Shown here one piece after another: positions 24,723 to 36,249 of a stretch of 64,000 nt of DNA. Numbering within the stretch: the first letter of the stretch is position 1; the number at the start of each line of letters is the position of its first letter. Both the position numbers and the translations under genes were made by a program. This DNA comes from Squalus acanthias (Eukaryota): NCBI GenBank assembly GCA_030390025.1, contig CM059433.1, positions 24,988,001-25,052,000 on the forward strand. Reading direction: 5' to 3'. The notes beneath the pieces are model-generated. The model was not told where the DNA came from and did not search any database. It saw nothing but the letters and a program-made list of their open reading frames with translations.

Positions 24723-27540
24723 TCAAAGCCACTTCCCAGCCTGCTCCCCATAACCCTTCACTCCCTTATCTTGCAAAAATGTGTCTATCTTCACCTTAAA
24801 TGTATTTAATGACCCAGCCTCCACAGCTCTCTGGGGCAGAGAATTCCACAGATTTACGACCCTCTGAGAGAAGAAATTTCTCCTCATCTCAGTTCTAAAA
24901 GGGCGACCCTTTATTCTGAAACTATGCCCCCGAGTTCTAGATTCCCCCACGAGGGGAAACATCCTCTCTGAATCTACCTTGGCGAGCCCCCCTCAGTATC
25001 TTATATGTTTCAATAAGATCACCTCTCATTCTTCTAAATTCCAATGAGTATAGGCCCAGCCTGCTCAACCTTTCTCATAAGTCAACCCCTCCTCATAAGT
25101 CAACACCGCATCTCTGGAATTAACCTAGTGAATCGTCTCTGAACTGCCTCCAATGCAAGTATATCCTTCCTTAAATAAGGAGACCAAAACTGTACGCAGT
25201 ACTCAAGGTGTGGTCTCACCAATACCCTGTACAGTTGTAGCAGGATTTCCCTGCTTTTATACTCCAACCCCTTTGAAATAAAGGCCAACATTCCATTTGC
25301 CTTTTTGATTACTTACTGTACCTGCATGCTAACTTTTTGTGTTTCATGCACAAGGACCCCCAGGTCCCTCTGAACTGTAGCATTTTGTAATCTCTCTCCA
25401 TTTAAATAATAGTTTGCTTTTTTATTTTTCCTGCCAAGGTGGATAACCTCGCACTTTCCCACATTATACTCCATCTGCCAAATGTTTGCCCACTCACTTA
25501 GCCTGTCTATATCCCTTTGCAGATTCTTTGAGTCCTCTGCACCACTTGCTTTCTCACCCATCTTTGTATCATCCGCAAACTTGGCTACATTACACTCGGT
25601 CCCTTCATCCAAGTCATTAATGCATGTTGTAAATAGTTGAGGCCCCAGCACCGATCCCTGTGGCACCCCACTAGTTACCGTTTGCCAACCGGAAAATGAC
25701 CCATTTATCCCGACTCTCTGCTTTCTGTTAGTTAGCCAATTCTCTATCCATGCTAATATATTACCCCCAATTCCGTGAGCTCTTATCTTATGCAGTAACC
25801 TTTTATGTGGCACCTTATCGAATGCCTTCTGGAAATCCAAATACACCACATCCACTGGCTCACCTTTGTCCACCCTGCTCGTTACATCATCAAAGAACTC
25901 CAGCAAATTTGTTAAACATGATTTCCCTTTCATAAAACCATGCTGACTCTGCTTGACTGCATTATGATATTCCAAATGCCCTGCTACTGCTTCCTTAATG
26001 AAGGACTCCAGCATTTTCCCAACGACAAATGTTAGGCTAAGTGGTCTCTAGTTTCCTGCTTTCTGTCTCCCTCCTTTCTTAAAAAGGGGTGTTATATTTG
26101 CGGTTTTCCAATCCGCTGGGACCTCTCCAGAATCCAGGGAATTTTGGTATATTGCAACCAATGCATCCACTATCTCTGCAGCCACTTCTTTTAAGACCCT
26201 GGGATACAGGCCATCTGGTCCAGGGGACTCGTCGTCTTTTAGTCCCATTATTTTACCAAGTACTATTTCCTTAGTGATAGTGATTGTCTTTAGTTCCCCC
26301 TCCCTGTGGCCCCTTGATTATCCATTATTGGGATGTTGTTAGTGTCTTCTACCATGAAGACAGATACAAAATATTTGTTCAGAGTCTCTGCCATGTCCCC
26401 GTTCCCCATTATTAATTCCCCAGTCTCATCCTCTAAGGGACCAACGTTTACTTTAGCTACTCTCTTCCTTTTTATATACATGTAGAAGCTCTTACTATCT
26501 GTTTTAATATTTCTTGCCAATTTACTCTCATAATTCATCTTCTCTCTCTTTATAATTTTTTTAGTCATCCTTTGCTGGTTTTTAAAAATTTCCCAATCCT
26601 CTGGTCTCCCACCAATTTTGCCAATATTGTATGCCTTCGTTTTCAATTTGATACCATCCTTTTCTTCCTTAGTTAGCCACGGATGGTGCTCCCTTCTTTT
26701 AAAATCTTTCTTTCTCACTGAAATATATTTTTGTTGAGAGTTATGAAATATCTCCTTAAATGTCCACCACTGCATTTCAACTGTCTTACCCTTTAATTTA
26801 TTTTTCCAGTCCACTTTAGCCAGTTCTGCCCTCATGCCATTGTAATTGCCTTTGTTTAAGATCAGGACACTGGTATGAAATACAACTTTCTCACCCTCCA
26901 ACTGAATTTGAAATTCAACCAGGCTATGATCACTCTTTCCTAGAGGATCCTTTACTATGAGATCATTTATTAATTCTGTCTCATTACACAGTACCAGATC
27001 CAAGATAGCCTGCTCCCTGGTTGGTTCCATTACATACTGTTCTAGGAAACCATCCCGGATGCACTCTATGAACTTCTCCTCAAGGCTACCATGGCCAATT
27101 TGATTTGTCCAATCAATATGGAGATTAAAATCACCCATGATTATTACCGTACCTTTTTTACAGGCCTCCATTATTTGTTGATTTATACTCTGTCCAACAG
27201 CATTGCTACTGTTCAGGGGCCTGTAGACTACGCCCACCAGAGACTTTTTCCCCTTATTATTTTTTATCTCCACCCAAACCAATTCTACATCTTGATCTTC
27301 TGAGCCAATATCACTTCTCACCACTGTACTGATCCCATCTGTTACCAACAAAGCCACCCCACCTCGCTTTCCTTTCTGTCTATCCTTCCGAATTGTCAAA
27401 TACCCTGGAATATTCAGTTCTCAGCCCTGGTCACCTTGCAACCACGTCTCTGTAATGGCGATCAGATCATACCCATTTGTATCTGTTTGTGCCGTCAACT
27501 CATCTATCTTGTTACAAATGTTGCATGCATTCAGATATAG
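24723..27540 (-). pseudogene. CR1 ORF2 (AP endonuclease + reverse transcriptase), several stops/frameshifts
   Basis: IAITETW, VVYRP, MGDFN, LGKSDH; QHGF, YLDFQKAFDKV, GVPQGSVLGP, KFADD. Confidence 0.95.
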
Positions 27541-29012
27541 AGCTTTTAACTTTGTCTTTTTACCATTTCTCCTTGTTTTGGCCCCATTTTCTGTTGCACT
27601 CTTATTTTTAAACATTCTGTCCCTTCCTGTCACACTCAGGTTATTATTTCCCCCATCTCTATCCTGCTCTATTGCTTTCTCATTTCTCATTGACTTTTTA
27701 AATTCCCGCTCACCTGGATCCTCCCCCCCCCACCATTTAGTTTAAAGCCCTCTCTACAGCCCTAGTTATTCGATTCGTCAGGACTCTAGCCCCAGCATGG
27801 TTCAAGTGAAGCCCGTCCAAACGGAACAGCTCCCTCTTATCCCAGTACTGGTGCCAGTGCCCCACAAATTGAAACCCATTTCTCCCACACCAGTCTTTGA
27901 GCCACTTGTTCATTTCTCTGATCTTATTTACCCTATACAAATTCGCTCGTGGCTCAGGTAGTAATCCAGAGATTATTACCTTTGTGGTTCTGCTTTTTAA
28001 TTTAGCCCCTAGCTGCTCATACTCTCTCAGCAGAACCTCTTTCTTTGTCCTACCTATGTCATTGGTACCTACGTGGACCATGACAACTGGATCTTCCCCC
28101 TCCCATGCCAAGTTTTTCTCCAGCCCAGAGGAGATGTCCTTAACCCTGGCAGGCAACACAACCTTCGGGACTCACGCTCTCGGCTGCAGAGAACAGTATC
28201 TAGCCCCCTAACTATACTGTCCCCTATCACTACAACATTTCTTTTTACTCCCCCCACTTGAATGGCTCCCTGTACCACAGTGCTGTGGTCAGTTTGCTCA
28301 TCCTCCCTGTAGTCCCTGCCCTCGCCCACACAGGGAGCAGGAATCTCATACCTGTTGGACAAGGCCAAGGGCTGAGGCTCCTCCATCACTACCTCCTGGA
28401 TCCCAATACCTGCGTCGCTTGTAGTCACACCCTCCTGTCCCTGACCATGGGACAAATTGGAAGTAATTACTCTACTGGTTGTGACTGCCTCCTGGAATAT
28501 AGGGGTAAAAATTCAGTTGGTTGCGCCTCCCGTTAGCGCCTTAAGAGGGCGCTAATGGGGCGCAAAGCCGCTAACGCCCGGGCGCAGCGATGTTTGCGCC
28601 GCTCGGGAACTTAACTAGAGATTGTGCGGCGGCGCTAAAACTTACCGCTGCGACCACCTGCGCGCGCAGATTGTGACGTCATTCCATGGTGCAACGCCCT
28701 TGTGGCGCCCCGGAGCGGAAATTGAGTGGCGCCCCCTGCCTTAGCGCCTGGCGCATCCAACGACCGGAAGACTGGAACGCTATCAATCGCTGTGGGGCTG
28801 GGGGGGGCGCTATTTAAAGGGGGCCTCTTCCTGTCTTTTTCTGTGGTCGACATTTTTGCACCACTCGTTCTGAGAGAGAGAGAGACATTCGGAGAGAGAG
28901 AAAGAGAGACTTCTGCATTGACTCAACGCTTTGTGAGGTAGTTTTGCCTATTGATCCTAACTTCGCTAGTACTTTAGTTGCTGTCCTTCATTACTTTGCT
29001 TGCAAAGAGAAT

Positions 29013-30173
29013 ATGGGGGCTGCACTGATTGGGGGCGTCGTCCTGCTCCAGCTGAATCGGAGGATACAGAGATGCAGAAAGAGAGTGGCAATGATGGCCA
29101 GACGGAGGAGGGCCAACAGGCGTATGTACAGGAGAGCTTACCCTCCCAGGGTATATCGTGAACAGCTCTCCTACATCCATATGTCTGAGGAGCTGTGTTT
29201 GCGAAGGCTGCGATTCAGCAAGGAGGTGGTCACTGAGCTCTGCCACCTGCTGCAGCCAGATCTGCAGCCTCAACTGAGGTCCAGGACGTCTCTGTCGGTG
29301 GCAGTGAAGGTCACAGTGGCTCTCAACTTTTACGCTACTGGCTCATTTCAAGCTGCTGCTGGGGACCTCGCCAATATCTCCCAGTTCGCGGTGCATTGCT
29401 GCATCCGGCAGGTCACAAATGCCCTCTTTAAAAGGAGACGAGAGTTCATCTCTTTCCCCATGACCCCAGACAAGCAGCGTGACCGCGCTCTGGGCTTTGC
29501 GAGGGTAGCGGGCTTCCCCATGGTGCAGGGCGCCATTGACTGCACGCATGTGGCTTTGCGTGCTCCGCATGAGAATGCCGAGGAATTCCGGAACAGAAAG
29601 GGGTTCCATTCCTTGAATGTTCAGTTGGTCTGTGACCACAGACAGCTGATACTCGCTGTCAATGCCCACTATCCTGGCAGCTGCCACGATGCTTTTATCC
29701 TGCGCCAGACTACTGTGGCAGAACTTTTCGAGGCACCGCATCAGCCAGTTGGTTGGCTTCTCGGGGACAAGGGGTATGCATTGAGCACCTGGCTGATGAC
29801 ACCGCTCCGTACGCCCAACACCCCTGCTGAGCTGCGGTACAATGAGAGCCATCAAGCTACCAGGAATATAATTGAGCGCACAATCGGCGTGCTGAAGCAA
29901 CGGTTCCGCTGTCTCGACCATTCTGGAGGAGCCCTGCAGTACTCGCCTGAGCGAGTATCCAACTTCGTAGTCGTGTGCTGCATGTTGCATAACATGGCAA
30001 TCCTCAGGACCCAGCCAATGCCACCAGGCCTTGGAGCACCACCAGAGGAGGAGGAGGAAGAGGAGGAAGAGGACGAGGAGGATGATCATCAGCAGCAACA
30101 AGGCGGGAGGGCGGCCCACAATGGTCAAACTGCAAGGGCCGTCCGTCAACGGCTAATAGCAAGCCGCTTCTAG
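29013..30173 (+). CDS. Harbinger (HARBI1-like) DDE transposase, 386 aa from the first ATG, intact ORF
   Basis: Motifs RLRFSKE, LNFYATGSFQ, GAIDCTHV, NRKGFHSLNVQ, PGSCHDAFIL, WLLGDKGY, YNESH..TRNIIERTIGVLKQRFRCL and CCMLHN. TATTTAAA lies upstream at 28811 and AATAAA downstream at ~30353. Confidence 0.95.
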   Translation: MGAALIGGVVLLQLNRRIQRCRKRVAMMARRRRANRRMYRRAYPPRVYREQLSYIHMSEELCLRRLRFSKEVVTELCHLLQPDLQPQLRSRTSLSVAVKVTVALNFYATGSFQAAAGDLANISQFAVHCCIRQVTNALFKRRREFISFPMTPDKQRDRALGFARVAGFPMVQGAIDCTHVALRAPHENAEEFRNRKGFHSLNVQLVCDHRQLILAVNAHYPGSCHDAFILRQTTVAELFEAPHQPVGWLLGDKGYALSTWLMTPLRTPNTPAELRYNESHQATRNIIERTIGVLKQRFRCLDHSGGALQYSPERVSNFVVVCCMLHNMAILRTQPMPPGLGAPPEEEEEEEEEDEEDDHQQQQGGRAAHNGQTARAVRQRLIASRF

Positions 30174-30485
30174 GGCCCCTGCTGTGGAAATGGCTTCTGC
30201 CATTGCTAACAACATTAATGAACCCAGCACGCAACCCCTAAGCCGGCCAAGGCACCAATAATTCCAACCACCAACCATGTATATTTTGAATACAGAAACT
30301 TATTTATTTTACAAACTCTGTGTGTGTCAATTCCTCATGACAAACTCATAGAAATAAACACAAAAAAACAGTCAATAACATAACTGGTTCTCACAACCTG
30401 GAGATAATGTCCAAAACACTAAACAAAAGTTGGACCATGAACCTCAACCTTTAATAAAAAAATGACCAGCATTTTGTCACACCTC

Positions 30486-32278
30486 CTACTTTTTGCCCTT
30501 CGAGGGTGATCTCCTTCCCTTGCGCACTTCCCCCCTTCTAACCCTACTGCTCCTCCGTAATGGGACCTCAGTGGCTGCAGCAAGGCTGGTGGAAGGCTGC
30601 TGCTCGTCAGACCCTGACACTGCAGATGCCCCTGAAGGACGGCCTCGACCAGTTCTGGGCCTGGAGGGCCCGGCTGCAGACTGCACCAACTCTGCATGGG
30701 CGGCAGCAGTCTGTCCTACAGGCGGTGGCAAGTGCAGTGGAGAAGTGACAGTGTTGGCAGCAGGAATGCTGTCATCGTGAGAGAGGACAGCAACTCCCTG
30801 CTCGCCCGACACACTGGCACTCCCACGGGGCAGCACTTCAGCATCCGGAGCAATCTGCCGGAGAACAGATTGCTGGCCTGCTGCGGCGCGGTGACAGCCC
30901 CGGGGACATGTGCACGAACCATCGAGGTTGGCAGCAGTCTGTGCTCGCGTGGCCTCAATCTGAGTCTGCATGAGAGCAGTCAGAGATGGGATCACGGCAG
31001 CCAGTGACTAAATTGCAGCACTAAGCGTTAGTGTGGCATCCGCCTGTGCTACAGCGAAGTGCTCCACACTCCTTGCCAGTGACTCAATGCATTCGGGCAC
31101 CCTTCCCACTGCACCCATGAGCTCAGTGTGCATGCCCACCGCCTGGGTGTTCATTTCTGCGATCAGCCGCTCCTCCTCTGCGTCCATTGCAGTAGGAGTC
31201 TCTGGCATACTCTCCCTCTGGGGAGAAGGCCCCCGTTCTTCCCTACCCCCATGGCGTTGCTGCAGCCCGCTGTGTCCTGGAGCTTCACCCTCATCCGACC
31301 CTTCCCCCCTGCTCCCCTCCAGGGAAGGTGTGTTCCCAGTGTGGGCATGGGCTCCGGCTTCCTCTTCCTCCTCGGCTGCAGCATCACTCCCAGTGGCAGC
31401 TTCAGGGCCCGTCTCCTCAGCTGGTGAATCACCATCTGAAAGCAGGGAGGTACAAGAGTGGCTTTAGCGTGAGGACAGGGTGGCAGTAAGGGAGGAATAA
31501 GTGCAGCGAGTTAGCAAGTTGGATTGAAAGTGTCAAAGGCTGGTGTTGTGAGGGACAAGTGGAAGGACAGAGGACAAAAAGGTGATGACCTTACCATTGC
31601 TGTCCAGAACGGGGTCGGCGTCTCCAGTGGCGACGGGACCGATCACCCGGCTTGCCACAATCCTGTGGACGCGCTCCTCAAGATCGCTGAGGGGTTGCAG
31701 CTGAGGCCGCCCTCCACCTGTCCGTTGCTGCTGTCTCCGATTATGCGCCAGCTTGGCCTGTAAGAAAAAGGACAGCATCTGAGTAAATATACAGCCATGG
31801 TCTTGCCTGATGTGCCTCCCATAGGTGAATAGCCCTTACTGTATGCAGCCATGGTCTTGCCTGATGTGCCTCCCATAGGTGAATAGCCCTTACTGTATGC
31901 AAAGTGTGGAATGTGTGTGTGTGTTTCATGAAAGGGCCATAGGTGTTGGATGAGTGTTGTGCATTGGGGTTTTAAGACCCTCTGGCCATAGAGTGAGGTT
32001 GAGATGGAGGGATGGAGAGGTATTGAGAAAAAGCCACTCACCCTGACGACCCGAGTGAGGTCGTTGAACTTTTTGCGGCATTGAGTATGGGTCCTGGGCA
32101 CCATGCTCCTGGAGGAGACGCTCTGAGCCACCTCCCTCCACACTCTTCTGAACTCGCGTGGCAAAGGCCTCCTGCCACTCTCAGGGAAGAGCATACATCT
32201 TCTGCGCTCCACCGCGCCAACCAGAGCATCCAAGGCCCGCTCGGTGAAGCGATGAGCTCGTTCTCTCACCCTCTCCAT
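30486..32278 (-). pseudogene. Harbinger ORF2, Myb/SANT-like DNA-binding protein; exons 32278-32042, 31757-31595, 31435-30486; in-frame TAG at 31010-31008
   Basis: Exon 1 reads RFTERALDAL..W.EVAQ.V..RTHTQCRKKFNDL. GT-AG junctions (AGG/GTGAGT, TTACAG/GCC, ATG/GTAAGG, TTTCAG/AT) keep the frame. ORFs 31008-31208 and 30486-30995 are in one frame, and the protein has a basic C-terminus. Confidence 0.85.
31792..31901. repeat. Perfect 54-bp tandem duplication in intron 1 of Harbinger ORF2
   Basis: CAGCCATGGTCTTGCCTGATGTGCCTCCCATAGGTGAATAGCCCTTACTGTATG occurs twice. Confidence 0.95.
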
Positions 32279-33028
32279 CCTTGGCAGCAAAATGGATTCA
32301 CAGGTCTCTCCAGGCCGAGATTCAAGGCTGCAATGAGCAGGGTGTGGCTGGGGAGCAAGTTGGCCCCCCCCGCTTTAAGAAGTGGCCGGCGCCAGTGTGT
32401 CTGTGTTCCCTCGCTAACTGGCAGCAGCTGCGCTGCGCTCGCGCTCTGAGTTAGCGCCTCACTGCTCGGCCTTTGCGCCTTAAGACAGGTGTGCAGCGCC
32501 TGATTTAGCGCTCCACTCACCTCCCGGGGCGGTAAAAGTGAAGTTTCCAGTCAGTGCCGATAATTAGCGCCAGGCGCTAATATTTGCGTCCAGACGATAT
32601 TTGCGCCCCAAATGGGGCGCGACCTAATTTTTCCCCCATAGTGTCCAGATAATGCTCCCCCTCCCTAATGTGTCGCAGTGTCTGAAGCTCGGACTCCAGC
32701 TCATCAACTCTGAGCCGAACTTCCTCGAGCAGCCAACATTTGCTGCAGATGTGGTCGCCTTGGACCTCAATGGTGTCCACCAGCTCCCACATGCAACAAC
32801 AACAACACATTGCCTGGTCTCCCATCTCAATTAATTAATTAGTTTAAAATTTGGAACACGTATATCTTTTAATCTACACCAAGGCACTTAAATTTAGATG
32901 CCCAAGTTTGGAAAAAAGCGAGAAATAGTGAAATACTCACCAACCAATCACTTACCTGCTTTCTGGTGACGTCACACTTCGATTACGTTTTACTTCTTTA
33001 CACTCACCGGTCCTTTGTAGCTCAACGC

Positions 33029-33461
33029 CTCCCGCTGCTTTAACTATTGCCGCGGTCTCGCGCTCTCCAGTCGCTCCCGCTGCTTTAACTACTGCCGAAG
33101 TCTCGCGCTCTCCGGCCGCTCTCGCTGCTTTAACTACTGCCGAAGTCTCGCGCTCTCCGGCGTCCCGCTGATTAACTACTGCTGAAGTCTCGCGCTCACC
33201 GGCCGCTCTCGCTGCTTTAACTACTGCCGAGGTCTCGCGCTCTCCGGCCTCTCCGGCTGCTTTAACTACTGCCGAAGTCTCGCGCTCTCCGGCCGCTCCC
33301 GCTGCTTTAACTACTACCGAGGTCTCGCGGTCTCCGGCCGCTCTCACTGATTTAACTACTGCCGAAGTCTCGCGCTCTCCGGCCGCTCCCGCTGTTTTAA
33401 CTACTGCCGAAGTCTCACGCTCTCCAGCCGCTCCCGCTGTTTTAACTACTGCCGAAGTCTC
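33029..33461. repeat. 45-bp minisatellite (~9-10 copies) at the CR1 5' end
   Basis: Unit CTCCCGCTGCTTTAACTACTGCCGAAGTCTCGCGCTCTCCGGCCG. Confidence 0.95.
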
Positions 33462-33464
33462 CAT

Positions 33465-33830
33465 ACTTACCTATTAGAAGGAGTAGCTGTGGAGGTTAAA
33501 CTGGCCACCTATCTCTAAATGCTGCAAGCCCAGGCCAAATTAGTCAGACATAGTGATTGTGAGGATGTCAGATAGGAGTTTAGAGGAGGGGAGTCGTACT
33601 TTCCAGTCAACTCTACCTTGGCACTCTTCCTCAGTCCAGAGAATCTTTTCCTCATTTGGTTCAACAACGTATGAACGTGGGAATTTGCATCTCCTGTCAT
33701 GCTTGCTGCACATAGGATTGTTTTGGAAGATTCTCGTCAGCATCAAAACTGTCCACCTTCCTTTGCTGCACCTCCTCCAACAGTGCATCCAGGCTTTCTT
33801 CAGTGATTTGGGCTGCTCTCTCCATCCAGG
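33465..33830 (-). pseudogene. Fossil Harbinger Myb/SANT-like ORF2 exon
   Basis: MERAAQITEESLDALLEEVQQRK resembles ERAHRFTERALDALVGAVERRR. A donor-like GTAAGT lies at ~33465-33470. Confidence 0.6.
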
Positions 33831-34475
33831 AAAAATTAAACAGCAGCTCTTTAACAGCTTCTGCACTCCTGATTCCCAGCTCACCTGTTGCCATAGAGCT
33901 CCCTGCACGAAGATAACAAGCAGGGAATGTGTTTAAATTATGCGACCCTGCCAAAACTGCAGGATACTTTATTGTCATGGAAGCACATACAAGCGCTGCA
34001 ATTGAGGCCTTTATTCCCCACAATCAGCCAATCAGCCTTAGAAAGCACAAAGTAAATGTAACCTGCCAATGTGCTTAAAAAAAGGAGAGAAAATGAATGT
34101 ATATTTAATGCACTCAGTACGCTAAGAGGACACTGACCCTTTTAGTTAATTCATATTTTTGTTTGCTAATTAATTTAAATTAAAAATCAGGTTTCCCACT
34201 GACTCTTTGCAACATGTACAATAGCGGCAGCCACTTGTATTGCAAACCCTGATTTACGTTTCATTCCCCCTAAAGTTCTGTATAGTATGATTTCACTTGT
34301 GGGAAGAGAAATGAGAAAACACAATCTGATGCATTATAGGCAAGGCTCCACATATAACAACTTGCGGCAAATTTTTAACATGGGCAAAAATAGGAAAACA
34401 AAAAAATTCCGATCACCTCAGACAACAACATGTGGCAGCCTGTAGGCTGACTACACTTTTAAAAAAAAGGTAATG

Positions 34476-34660
34476 ACATAGAATGTACAGCACAGAAACA
34501 GGCCATTCGGCCCAACTGGCCTATGCTCCACATGAGCCTCCTCCCATCCTACTTCATCTAAATCTATTCCTTTATCACTCGTGTGTTTATAAAGCTTCCC
34601 CTTAAATGCCTCTATGCGATTCACCTCAACTACTCCCTCTGGCTAGCGAGTTTTACATTC
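34476..34660 (-). mobile_element. CR1 3' end fragment
   Basis: ACAGCACAGAAACAGGCCATTCGGCCCAAC is the reverse complement of the CR1 3' UTR. Confidence 0.75.
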
Positions 34661-35389
34661 GAACTAATTGGCTGTGAAACACTTTGGAATGTGAAAGGCA
34701 CTACACAGTCTTTAACAGTCAGTAGTAATTCACATCAAGAAGGTCGAGATGATGCCATAAATGGTGCGTAGTTTAAAGCCAGCTCACTTCAATGTGTTGC
34801 TATTTTGGAAGGCACCCCAGTGTGTGTGTTCTTCTTTATAATATAAGCACATTGTGAAGTGTCACTTTTTCTTACCAGTGGGATTATCATAACAGCAGTG
34901 GGCTATAAGGTTTGACAAGCATTTATTTGGGATTTATTTTACAGATGAATGTACCAGTACCATAGCTTCTATATATATTTGGAGTTATGTAGACATAAAT
35001 AAACATGGACCAGATTAGAAATGGGATTGTAGCTTGAATTATGTTTTGTTTTGCTGTTGATGAAAATTCCTTGAAAACCTTAATAACTAACACAAGCACA
35101 TCATAAAACACAAAGTAAACAGGAAAAATTGACTTTTTTTATTTAAAAAAAGACTTTTGGTGTCTAATTTGCATTTCTATAATCTCTAGACTGCCCAGTC
35201 CAAAACTGGAGGATTGGACACTCCATGTAAAACGTTATTAACAAGTATGTCCCACTCTCAATTGTATAGGAAATCTCGACATATGAGACACAATGATTTA
35301 TCCTTCTCAGGTTACCTACCTGGATAGAACAAACCCATTAATGTTAGTTGAAAACCTGTACTAACCAGGTCACGTTGTGAGCAGCTAAT

Positions 35390-36140
35390 GGTTAGTTCAC
35401 TAGTGGTGTAGCAAATTGTGGCGACAGTTTGTGAGGGTCAAGTTGAAAAAGTGTCAAAAAACAAGTTTTCTTAAAAAAGAGTGTCTTGTTTAAGTGGCCT
35501 CCCCCAGAAACCTCTCCCCAAGGAGAACAAGCACACACGGCATGGCACACAAAGACACATGCCGGCTGAACGTTTTGTGCTGGCTGCCTCAGTGCTTCAT
35601 TGGGGTCTCTTGGCGAGACTGAGGGCCGGGCAGGTAGTGAGCAGACGGGAGCTGCCCTTCCAGCACCAATCCGCTGAGGGAAGGCCTGCCGCCGGGAGTC
35701 ACTATGAAACCCGGGGAGAGCTGGTGGGCGCGGGCCTCCGCTCCCGCAGGGAAGCACAACTTGCTACTGCGCCTTGACCTGCGCCAGAGGCTTGAGCTGC
35801 CATATGGACTGCTGTCTGGCTTGGGGCAACAAGGTCAAGTCAGCCCTGAGGCAAGATAGGTGAGGTTTTACCATACTAACCTGGAGATACATTGAGAGGG
35901 TTAGTAACAATCGGCACCAAGCTGGGAGCATGCCACGGGAGTTACGAATAACCAGCACTTACCTAGGGCACACCAATGGAAAAAGTAACAATAAGTAATA
36001 AATTGGGGCGTACCAATTTAATAATATTACTAATCCATGCTAAACACGGGAGCACACTGAAAAGTTTAATAATAATCTTTACAGATCTTGGGAGCATACC
36101 GAAGGAGTTGCAATAATTAGCATTAGTCTGGGAACACACT
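35390..36140 (-). mobile_element. Possible L1/Tx1-like LINE 5' end (repeat-containing 5' UTR + decayed ORF1 start)
   Basis: GC-rich decayed reading MAAQASGAGQG...HLNKTLFFKKT, and two related ~55-bp units at ~35921 and ~36087. Recognition only, and weak. Confidence 0.3.
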
Positions 36141-36249
36141 AAATCCTGAACAAAAAAAAAGTTAAAAGAGGATGAGGTGGCATGAGGGGGAAAAGAATAC
36201 CTAGAACCATGTCTGGTTATTTTTTGTGCCTTTTTCCATTACAAGTTCA

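Larger units (their letters stand above)
28502..32637. mobile_element. PIF/Harbinger DNA transposon, full length (4136 bp)
   Basis: TIRs GGGGTAAAAATT (28502-28513) / AATTTTTCCCCC (32626-32637), and an ATA duplication at 28499-28501 and 32638-32640. The CR1 sequence resumes across the insertion. It carries two convergent genes and subterminal TTAGCGCC motifs. Confidence 0.95.
27737..32825 (-). pseudogene. CR1 ORF1 (Cys-rich/leucine zipper + SGNH esterase), split by the Harbinger insertion
   Basis: CxxCxMWE..HICSKC..LESEL at 32641-32825. VVIGDSIVR, VHVGTNDI and DGLHLN at 27737-28498. Confidence 0.9.
24632..33461 (-). mobile_element. Full-length CR1 LINE, interrupted by the Harbinger transposon
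   Basis: (TTCTTATG)n tail at 24632, ORF2 with APE and RT, ORF1 with Cys-rich/zipper N-terminus (32641-32825) and SGNH esterase (27737-28159), and a tandem-repeat 5' UTR. Confidence 0.95.

Noticed and set aside
29343..30149. 268-aa antisense ORF
   Set aside because: It is the shadow of the GC-rich transposase ORF and has no motifs.
29013..30173. Domesticated host gene HARBI1
   Set aside because: It lies within TIRs/TSD, has a partner ORF and is inserted in a CR1, so it is a transposon copy.
33029..33461. CRISPR-like regular repeats (also 5496-5620)
   Set aside because: There are no unique spacers and no cas genes, and the context is eukaryotic.
32952..33464. 170-aa repetitive ORF (ETSAVVKAAGAAGER)n
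   Set aside because: It is a by-product of a 45-bp minisatellite with no stop in that frame.
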